Below are positions 50,265-62,200 of a stretch of 64,000 nt of DNA, piece by piece. The position numbers were made by a program, and so were the translations under genes. Position 1 is the first letter of the stretch. Every line of letters starts with the position of its first letter. This stretch comes from Lytechinus pictus (Eukaryota). The notes beneath the pieces were generated by a model, which worked only from the letters and a program-made list of their open reading frames with translations, was not told where the DNA came from and did no database searches. The DNA is taken from positions 19,532,001-19,596,000 of the forward strand of contig NC_087252.1 in the NCBI RefSeq assembly GCF_037042905.1, read 5' to 3'.

Positions 50265-53200
50265 TATATACTCACCATAGCTACCAATGAAGTAGTAACG
50301 ATTGCTGATACCTGCGCATTCCCTTGCAGCCAACAGTGACTAAAGGACAAATGATATAAGTATGATTAGAAACTGGTGTTTCAATACAACAAAATTTCGT
50401 TTCTTCTTTAATCTTTGTTCGTTTCTTTCAAATTACGAAATTCTTTCATAAAGATGTCTGTACTTTTCTAAGTAGACTAAATAAACTTTAAATTAGGCTA
50501 TTCGGATTTTACTTTTTTCTTAGATTTTCACTATTCAGAATCGCCGAAGAACATACATTGTGATGTTTAGAACATTAAAAAATACAGAACTGGCATTTTA
50601 GAAAAACGGAAAATTGGTGTGTCTTCCTATAGCACTACTCACCCATCTTGGCCCCCAAAATCATCGATCCAGAATGCGAGAGATACACCAATCGGTAGAA
50701 GAGGAGATACTGAATTAAAAAGAAACCGTAAACAATGGATTACCGGAAAAAAAGAGTCTGTTTATTGTCATCGTGTCAACAAGAATTTTCTAAGAAGGTA
50801 TTTAAGACATACAAATGTTGACTATTTGACGAAATGACACAATACCACCCTCAAAACACATTATGTTTCAGTGGGCTCTGATGTTGTATTTGTATTTAGG
50901 CAGATTTTAAAAGTATTGCCCAATACGTGATATCTAGTCCCCTCAAAAAGTTTGACTCATTACATACAACAATGAGAATAAGGAATCTTCATTATGTATT
51001 ATGCTCACCTTCAAAATTTTGGCGATTATAACATGATTCATTTTTTTACGGACTGGCGGAGAAAAATGGCAGGGGGAGAAACTTTAAACCATCTGAATAG
51101 CATCTGCAGTGATTATTTTGGTTTAAAAAAATATTTAAAAAAACTTACTCCATCCAATAATTTGCCAAAGCCAATAGCGCACTGCATTCTGGCCTCCCCT
51201 TGTGGACAACTTCACACAAAGATATATTGCGCCCTCTACGTTCTTGAAGAATTGGCAGATGATTCCGTAGTACGTCAGACCAGCCATTATGTTACATGTC
51301 ACCTACAACAATACATTCAGTGATTTAAAATTTATTGTGTATGTCTTCAGGGAATTCAAATCATAAAGAACAATTTCATTAATTCATCTACATAATTATC
51401 GGGATGCATTTCTTTGACCATTCTCAATAATTCAGAGATAAACCAAGATAAATCCTTGAAGTGGGAATAATTTCTACTATGAATCAACTCAGTTCACTTG
51501 GCCCCAAAGTATACTAAATGGCCTTGACTCTGGAAATATAGTAAGGTTCACAGGAAGGGAGAAATAGAACGCATGCAAAACAATTTGCTTTACTTAGGCC
51601 TATTTTCGTTGTATCATACTTTTTTTATTCGTCACCAATTTGACAATAATATTTGGCTCTTGTAAGCGTATCATACATAGCAGGTTGCATGTCCCTATGC
51701 GCTAAATGTGTTGAAAGAGCATAAAGTAAGAATAAAATAGCTTAGAAAGAAGAAGATATATGTACATACGATTCTTTATAGAACACTGATTCAAGTTTGA
51801 AATAACTTTTGTGTTAAAATAAAGTAGGCCTGTCTCTCTGAAAAAAACCTTGAACGTTGACTTAATTTCGTCAACCAGATGGCACATCCGCAGACAGAAT
51901 AGGTTTTACTTAAAGGGGATACCCCTTTTCTATTTAATTTTTTTTTTGCAAATATGCTTTACTCACCCCAGTAAATATTTTAATAGATGGCAGGATGATA
52001 AATGTGAAAGCCAAGATACTGGCTACATCCTGCGAAACATGAGCACAGACTATTCCGCTATCAATGTATCTAAAGAAATACGACAAACATTTGAAGAAGA
52101 AAAGATGACATGAACAGTTAATGAATTTAAACTTTTTTTTCAATGTTTTCTTTTTATTCCTGATTTTCTTACTTCATACAGGGCTTAGCATTGGTCCGAA
52201 TTCACAAAGGTGGTTTTAAAAACCCACGGTTGAGTCCATGGTTTATGCAGATTCCCTGTATAAATTACGCTTATTTTACCGCGTATATTAAGAAATGTCC
52301 AATGCTGATGTGCGCTTTTGTCATAGTGCTCCAAATTGATGCCTGTTTCCGTGGTTATCCACGCTATTTTATTGATGAGTCCACTGTTTTCAAACTAAAT
52401 TAAGCGTAATTTACACAGGAAATCTACATAAACCAAGGATTCAACCCTTGTTTATTTCAAAACCACTTTTGTGAATTGGGGCCTTTATGTTTAATTCAAA
52501 ACTAACCAAACCGGCCGAGGACATATGTTCGTTGTCAATGACATACCATCGCACATTGCGGTAGACTGAAGTCGAATGACTCAAAGAATATGCAATATTC
52601 AATCGGTGCATAATCAGTTATATTATTCGACAAAAAATACGTAATATCTCTCTGTGAAATTTCACTCGCTTACTGTGGACACATCCCCGATGTGTGGAAT
52701 GTCACTGGCAAACCGTGGACCTAACCCTACAACACATTTTTATTTTGCTTATACCTTTTTATTGTGTATGTTGTTGGCACAAATTTATTTACAATTCATA
52801 TCTAACCGAGGATAGTCTGCGGTTGGAGGGCTGTCCTCGATTTGAATCCGATTGTGGGTGAAAACACACCACCTCGGGCATAACAAACACACTAGACACG
52901 AAGGCCCCCACCTGCATACACTCACATTTTCATAACCCGATGTCAGCACAAAATCTATGCCCTTCTATTTTCTTCTTACCTGAAAACAAAATGCAGTAGA
53001 ATGTCTACGACGAGAATGAAACATGCTACCCCTAACAAGGCAACATGGATGACGTCAACGCCGGTGGAAGGCGTGGCCTGCCAAGACAGAAGTAATAGAA
53101 ATATGGTTACGTATCACGTCGCTAAAAATACTCAATAACTAGCTCTGATGCCTACACTTACTCTTTTATATTGTTCAAAGATGATGGACTGGGCGTTGTG

Positions 53201-56200
53201 GCGTGCGCCTGTAATCCAAGCTTTGGGGAAGTTACAAATTGATGCAGAGGTTCGAGCCTCGGTCACGTCTTTCGGATGGTGATATTAAAGGTCGGTCCCA
53301 GACGTAAATAATCATATCTGATTGATACATGTCTAACAAAACTCAAATACACACAAATACGCGACTCTTAATTTGGATTTTTTAAATGTCTATTTAAATG
53401 CCTATCATGTTTCAATTCGAATTGTATATTTTCATTTCACACAGAAAGTACCAAGTATTACATAAATTGTTTTTGCATAAATGAAAGATAGATCGATTCT
53501 ACGAGCGTATAGGCATTTTCTGGGTTATTATTTTCTTACATTATTTTGTTGACCTCGGTGCCATGTTATCATTTGATTTTAATCTAAATTTCATTCGACC
53601 TAGGGTTTGATTGATTTAATTTTTGAAATCGTTAATCGTTGGAAATTTGGTTTTAACAATTCTGCTCAGTGGCTGATGTCTTACCTGTTCTAATTCTAGA
53701 AGTGCAAAGATTGTCATGTGGTCGCAGCAACATTTTGTAGAGTGGTTGATCTTCGTCTCCAGCCAACAACCATCTGTTGACCACTCAGACTTACCACTGG
53801 TAATATGGATATTGGAGGAAAATAATGCACACTCTTTAATTGTTGGTTTATTAATAATAATCAAATCCATAACTATTCTTCCTTGCAATCATTATATGTA
53901 GTCAGAATGACTCCTGAAAATTTTCTTCAAGTTAAAAAGTAATGTCGAGCATTTCATTGACAGTAAAACAGTATTCATCTCGCATTAATCATCTTTTTCC
54001 CCCTTTTATTTACTGTTATTACATGCAGTTAAACAAACTTCAAATAAAGGTAATACAACTTTGTTTGATGTGTAGACTTACGGTTCTTTACTCATTTAAA
54101 AAGATTGAACTTTTTTGTCAACTTGAATGCAATTTAACCTTTCTGGTTGAATTCCTTAACTTTTGCTTATAATTTGACTAATACCTGATCAGTTGATAGA
54201 GTAAAACGTATAGTAACTTATTCGAACCTTAAATTATTTGCCAGTGAACTTCACTGGCGGCTGTTTCATTGAACGACTTTGCAAAATTTTCTATAAACAT
54301 TTATGGCATCGAGATAATGTGTCCGATATTGATAAGATTTAAAGAAGCAGACGTTAAAGATTTTCTTACGTAGCCGCTCTTGCAATGAATGCACACTGCC
54401 AGCTTCCATTTTGTTCCTACGAAACGAAAAATGCGATAGACGGGATTATATACATTAATCAAATTACCAATAGATTTTTGCATGCAATATATAACCCATT
54501 ACGAAAGAAGTGTGCCTGTTTTTAAATCATGTGAAAGTCAAATATACATATCTTACTAAGATATGAATGTTTTTTCTTTTAAATTATTCTTAGGTTGGTT
54601 ATGATTATATTTCATATGCACCTGTGAATGCGCGCGAAAATGAATTGTAAATTCATGGTACCCATTCGTTCACACATGGTCATGCTCTTCCCGATTTCAT
54701 ATTTCAGGTGAAAAATGTACTTGTTGCGTGGTATCTGTTAGAGAAATAGGAGTTATTCTACCTCTTCCTTCCGAAACGAAACCAATGATTAAGTCATCGA
54801 CTTTTGTGCATTTCGTATTCGCTAATTATCCATCACTATATAATTCCAACGATATTCAGTCTCAATTTTATCTTTCCTGTTTGCAATCGAAACGAGAATT
54901 GATCCCGAAAAATATCACAGTTTATTCTTTAATAGAAAAAAAAATATCGTTTGTCTATTTGTTCAGGGATGAATATTACGTAAAGTATTAATAGTTAAGT
55001 ACTCATTGACAACGTGATGTCAATGGGAATGCATAACTAGCTTTTAGTTTTCAATCCATTTTGGGTCTAATGTACTGCTTTTTATCACCGATCTATGAAT
55101 ATTATGTCCCTTACTTTTAGATCCCATCTTTAGAAGTCGATAAACTATTGTCCGGAAAGGTCAATAAACTAATAAACTATTAAACTCGGTGAAGATCAAT
55201 GATTCATTTACCTGTTTAAATGTCATGCAGAATGGAGAGCTGAATCGGTTGGTAAAATCACTCGTGCTCTGATGTATGGTCGATGCGGTTACTATTGTTG
55301 AATGTATTCTTGATATGCTACAATACAGTGCGTCCCACAAAAAACGAAACCAAGATTTTGCGATGATTTATCATAACTTAATCATAAATGCGTTAGACAA
55401 ATGACCTACCAATGTAAAGCTTAGAATCTCCTCTTTCATCTGACATTACTTAGAATGTTCCTCATTCACGCATGAGTGAGCAAAAACAATTTGACGAAAG
55501 GATACCAAAAACTCATTCGGCGGGGGTATCTGAATTTCAAAAAGAAAATCACGTGCCTAAAAAGTTCAATATTTGCTCTTTTATTTGATACCTTAATCAA
55601 AGAAAATGGTCAAGAAGTAAAAAAGTTCTGTTCCCTCGAAACAATGCTTGTATTTCCATTATTTCATTAAATAAACGTGTTTTCACAGGTTTCCCACCGA
55701 AGCTATCGCACGGTTAACAAAAGACTTAATGCATGGCTGATCGTCAACAAAACGGAGTCTCGAGTGAGTCTCGACGATAGCCTGTAAAACCTCTTCATTT
55801 TATGAAAGTGTTGAAATTCAAGCCTTATTTCGAATAACCAGAACTTTGTTATTTCTTGACCATTTTCTGTAATTGAGGTATCAAATTGAAGAGCAGATAT
55901 TGAACTTTTTAAAAATGTGGTTTTCTTTTTGAAACCCAGATACATCCCGCCAAGTGACTTTTTGGTATCCCCTCTTAAAATTGTTTTTGCTCACTCATGC
56001 GTGAAGGAAAAATAATCTAATAATCTAGGTCATTTGTCTATTGTATTTGTGATTAAAGGAGAATGAAACTCTTGGAGCAAGTTAGCTTTTGTGATTGCAG
56101 AAAAATCAAAGAATAAGATCAACAAAAGTGTGAGTAAAATAGGACTACCAATAGAAGAGTTATGAGCATTTGAATGTCGAGATCACTAATGCTATGGAGA

Positions 56201-59200
56201 TCCTCCCATAGGCAATGCGACCAAGATCTATGATGTCACAGATGAACAACTCTCCCCTTTTGGACGCTGAAAATATACCCCAAAACATCTCTTTTTGCTC
56301 ATTCTAATCATATGACAAACGATTCATCAATGATATAATGTTGTGAAACCTCTGTACTTGTCCTCTCATAAAGAGAACACCTCACCTTGTGATAGACTCT
56401 ATAAAAGTGAGAAAATAAGTGAAATAAGTACTTAAGTAATGAGGGAGTTGTACGTGTGTGACATCACAGATCTTGGTCGCATTGCCAATGGGAGGATCTA
56501 CATGGCATTAGTGATCTTAATATTCAAATGCTCATAACTTTCTTATTATTCATTCAATCTTCCTCAAACTTTCAACAATTTGTTTCTTTGATTTTTCTCT
56601 TTGATATGGATTCAGCTGGTTTCAAGGGTTTCATTCTCCTTTAAGTTATGATAAATTATCAATAAATCTCGGTTTCGTTTTTAGTGGGACGCACTGTATA
56701 ATGAAAATAAAAGCTTTTCATTACAAGATGGCCTACAGCCGGAAAAGAGATATTGATATATTACCTGTTATTGTGTAATACATCACTATATAAATTTAAT
56801 GTTTTATATTTATTGATATTATTATCATTATTATTTTTATTATTATTATCGTTGATGTTGTTGTTATTATCATTATTATTATTAGTATCATTATTATCAT
56901 CATTTCTATTATTGTAATCATCATTATTTTATTCGGCAAAAGAAATACAAATTGAATACAATTTCAATAACAATTGAAAGAATGCCTTTCCCTTTGAATT
57001 CCAGGTGAGTTCTTCATAAAGCTGTTCGTGACTTTACGAACGACGGATTTTAGGTCGTCAGAACGAACCACCAGTTGTTCGTAAAGTCGCTCGTAACATA
57101 CGAATAGCTTTATGAAACACCCACCACAGTGTGTGTGAAGCTCCTTGGTTACACAAGTCTTAACGCCCGACTAGAACATGATCTTAAGCGCAAAGTCGGT
57201 TACATAGGGGATATATCATACACCAGTCGTGTGTAAAGTCATTCGTACCTTACAAACAGCTTTATGAAACGCCCCCCCCCCCTAGAATGATAACTTGCTG
57301 AGCATGTTCCTCCTTATCATCATGATTAGTTTACACATTAATCTTTTGATTGACAAAAGAAGATCATACCTTTGGCCAGCTTCTGTTAGAATCTGCGCCA
57401 CCAAATCAGCAATAGTTGGGTAAAAAGCTATTACCAGGGTCACTGATGAAACAGAATTATAGAAATCTCATGATTGAAATGACGGAGAGAATAGTATGGG
57501 ATCGCACTTCTTAAACCAAAGCATTATAAGCGTTATTCCTCAGTTGCTTCTCGTTTTGGGAATTCTCTACTCATCTAACTCCGCGATTTCAACATGAACA
57601 TTGAGAGTCTCAACTTTGAACTAAACACCTACATTTTCCAGCAACTGCGTAAATAATGTGTGACATACTGGGGAGCCGGCGCCTTTTATTTTTTTTTACA
57701 GATACAAATGCTGTTCGTCATCATCATCATCATCATCTTTTGATTTATTTGCGTGTTATCATGATTATAATATATTATTACCATTACACTAAGATACACT
57801 TTCTTCCAAAAAAAAACCTACTGTATCTTTCAGAGATATATTGCAACTCAACTTAATAAAATTCAGTATGAAAAATATATATACTACGTTCAGTTGAAAT
57901 CAGTGGATATTGAGGTTTTCACTAGAATTCTATTTTTCTTTCTCGATGGGGAAAAAATAATGGGTTCTTTGATATCACCAGAGACACGTTTTATTGTGGC
58001 AATATGTGGCAATCAATTGTGATTCTCAGAATTTTCTTAACACGAAAAAGTATGCAATTATATTTCCAATGATTTTATACCAAAGTCCCAAACCACACCC
58101 CCCCCCCCTAACTCTCTTTCTATCTCCCCCCCCCCCCTTACCCTCTCCCTATTTGTCTGTCTAAAGACACCACGTTTGTCGATTTTGGATAGACTACATA
58201 CCTGTATCATTGGCCACGTAATTGAGGTCATAGAAACCAGAGGTAATATCTATTTCAGCATCGCCTCCCTTGTATCTACCACCTTCATAGAAACCCGTCT
58301 CGAATTGCATCTTTGTGAAAACTGAGAAAAAAAGCGAACAAGACGAATAGACCTTATGCATATGATGTTTCATTGCGCCCTCCCAAAGAGGATATAGGAA
58401 TATGTGTAAACAGAGTTAATCGGGATGCGCCAGGTGCAAGGCAGCAGCTTCAGCCTCTGCGATGGCGGCGAGATGACGTAAATACATAATGCTAGATATT
58501 ATCACCCTCTTTCTTCATACGTTAACTTTTCGGCACCCTTCATTGTCATAGTGATTACTGCATGTTCTCCTTTCCAAGGTCACCGACTGATGTACTGTAA
58601 AAACTGCTACAACATTGCATTTGTATGATAATTACTTTCACTTTTGTATTGAGATTGATATATCATTTTAATGTGTTTTCAAGTACCAAATATATAATAA
58701 ATGAATAATCAGATTGTTCATATATTTCAATTAAAATCAATACGTGTTTAAAATCAACTGTAGAATTTCCAATTCACTTTTTCTATAACGACAATGGATA
58801 GTATTCTACTTATATCACCTTCGTATTTTTAGACTGACATTTTGTTCGGCAAACATGTATATGACCTCATGCTTTTCAAATGTATGTGTGTGTGGGGGGC
58901 GTATAATTGATCAAGCCCCACCAATTTAAACAATAGATTCGCTGTTCAAATCCGCGCCAAAAATATACAACGATCTTTAGAATTGTTTTAATTCTCTTTT
59001 AAATCATCTCTCCATATACATATACATTTCTTTTTTCTTTCTTTTTTTTTATTCGAAAACTGTTAAATGGATATGCATTACATCATAATACAGGAATATC
59101 TCATACCTATATTCTGGTAGATTCCCTCAAATGTTTTCATGGTGCCTGAAGGGTTGAGGGTGAGATGACATTCATTGCTTGAAGTTCTTGCTGCAAAGGT

Positions 59201-62200
59201 ATCAATGGCTTCGATTAGTTTAACAGCTTCTTCTCCAGCCTGTGGAAAGAAAAGTAATTCAAATGTGTTTTTATATATAAACTGTAGCGGATATTTCATC
59301 AAGGCCGTTGTTTTGTACACGTTAACAAGGCCCATGAATATAACCCATAATTTTTCATAAAACTATAATAGCATGGGTGACATGAATAAAAGTGCGCTTT
59401 AGTTGATATATATATATTTCAGTTTGCAGTTTCACGTGAAGGTAAATAATGGAAAAATCATAACCTTCGTATTAATATTTACCTTGCTATAAGCACTCTT
59501 AAGTTCGGACCAGAATGATAATTTCAGAATATAACCTCTTTTACAAGCTTTTTAAAATAGAATAATCAATTTGTGTTTTATTTTGGAAATAAAAGGGTGA
59601 AAAACACCTTTGTAACAGTGGAATGTTGATATTGCAGGATGACTCTCATTACTGAATCCTTAATTAGCAAAGCTGTAGGAAGATTTTTGGCGGGGGCACT
59701 TCGATGTGGTATATATCAAGTAGACGCATGGTATACATACGGCTATAATTCAACTGATAATCGTGGAATTAAACCAACTTCATTTTAGCCGAGCCGAAAC
59801 ACTCAGAATTCGTTTACATCAATTCCAGGAAATTGAGACTTCATTTAGAACGAAAGTATTTCAGAGAACGCTAATTACTACAGTCGAGCATGTACAAATA
59901 AGTAAAGTGTAAAATGTAAATTTTCCCGCTCGCTGTGTTGAACAAATGTTTTATTTCCTCGTTTTGTCCGATAATACGGACTTTACGCAACAGCTACTCA
60001 GACGCTTTCTGGAACGTAGATAATCTATTGTCAAATTCCCTTCATGACAATTAGGTCTTTTTGGAGGGTTTGTGAATCAAAACAGTAGTTTATTTCCGTG
60101 GCGTGACCATGGACAAATGACATATTTGGGATTTTTCGTCAGCTTTAAACGTTGGACGAACTGCTGTATCGATTCACTGACCCTCGACAAAGACCTCAAT
60201 GGGTGATTTCAAGTCCGGTGTTGGCCTTGGTGTTGGTGTTGAAATTTGGATTGCTTCCCCTAGCTCCAAAACTTATTCAGAGTTTGTAAAACTGATCGAG
60301 ATCACATTATTGACATCTCAACAACTAGTGAGTGACTTTTCGGGACCATCTTCATTTTATGTTTGGTGTTATAATCGTGTAAAAATTGACTTAACACCAA
60401 CACCAAAAGGTCAACACTGAACTTGAAATCACCCATTGTGGCTTGATGCTGCGCTGTAGGATTCATTCCGGGTCGCTTAACAAAAAGTCGCTATTTTGTC
60501 TTAATGAAGTCATATGGAAAATTTAGAATACAAACTGAAGTTTTCCTTGCCCCATTCTTTGGGTTTTGTTTTCGATTTCTTCTTCTTCTTCTTCAGGTTA
60601 AATCTGCCTCCTTCAGGATTGAAGATTCTTGCAGATTTGGTTGATCAGTTTTGTTCAATTGAAGACATATGGAAAATTTAGAATACAAAATAAAGTTTTC
60701 GTTGCCCCATTCTTTGGGTTTTGTTTTCGATTTCTTCTTCTTCTTCTTCAGTTTAAATCTGCCTCCTTCAGGATTGAAGATTCTTGCAGATTTGGTTGAT
60801 CAGTTTTGTTCAATTGAATCCTCTTATAGTATTTAGCGTTCACAGGACGTTTCCCCATCCTCTTACGTAATGTCCCTAATATCGTGAGGTAAACCGTAAA
60901 CTTACATCAGGTGCTTGGCGCCATTTTTCGATGTTTACCCCGAGAAGAAGAGCATCGACTGCTTGCAGGAATAGCTGCTCAAATGAGAATTACAAGTAGA
61001 TTTCAATGTTGATTTAATTACAAAAAGTTTTAACGATGTTTTACCTGTTCAAATTAGTATTAAGAGGTATGTCCTTTATCATATGCTATACACTCTAATT
61101 GGCAAGAATTTGATATAAATCCAGATCGGCTGAAGTTTATATATGCCTATTTAGTGCTTTAATCATGATAATCTAAATTCCGTTCTCGACTGATTATTAA
61201 TAATAGGTGGATTTATAGCGTGAAAATACTCCATACCTCAATTAAAATTCATTTTAGATACATTTTATGAATATTTACCATACATTCTTACAAAGTACTT
61301 GTTTTTGGATAAGGATCCAATAATTTGATTTCTTGTTTTATCCTCTTTTCCCCAGTTTTTTTATTTCTCGAAAAATGATTGGAATAGCCAACCCCCAAGA
61401 GCTTAGCACCACCCCAGTAACCTTACATTTGCATACTCAAGTTGAAGTTCAAACACACATCCATCCACCCGACTCGGTAACTCCGATAGGATCTGCATGG
61501 CTTCCACGTATGCATGCAATAGGCTACTCCCTTCGGTGACGTCATAATTGGAACTGAGCTCCTCGGCAGATCGTGACAGGCGATAGGCCAGTCGAGGCAG
61601 ATCACGTGGTTGAATGGTCGATTGGTAGGATACCAATATCAACTGGAAATCGACAAGAGGGCAAGAAGCTTATCAATCAAATTAAATACAGATGAGATAA
61701 TGATATCGCTGTTCACAACTGTTCAAAATAGCTATTGCTATTTTGTGGTCCCCTTTTAGGGACGCACCTTTAGATATCCTCGGGGGGGGGGGGCTTGAAT
61801 TTGTTTTACTTGACTGGCTACATGAGGAAAAAAACAACTTGACTCACCATCAGAGTAAACAGTAAAAACTTAAAAAAAGGGATAAAAAACTTGTCTCAAT
61901 GGACTAAGTAAAAAAAAATTAACTCAAAGAAGAAAGTTTTAAAAAGTGCATCAACCCAAACTTCCAGCCCAGCCCCCCCCCCCGGGACCCAAGTTACGTA
62001 AAAGAAGTTACAAATTGATGCAGAGGTTCGATCCCTGGTCACGTCTTTCGGATGGTGATGTTAAAGGTCGGTCCCAGACGTAAATAGTCACATCTGATTG
62101 ATATGCGTCTGAAAAAACTCAATTACACATACACTTGTTGTTCAATTCTCCTCATTTTGACACATTTGGAAAAATGATATGAAGCGAATATTTCAGACAT

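Noticed and set aside
52546..52565. Possible micro-exon (STAMCD) in gene B
   Set aside because: TM1, TM2 and TM3 exons join in phase without it, and its 19-nt length would break the frame.
53187..53235. Functional 7SL gene or human Alu contamination
   Set aside because: Similarity stops after about 45 nt, there is no S domain or Alu body, and the non-Alu body recurs at 62004 within the same gene.
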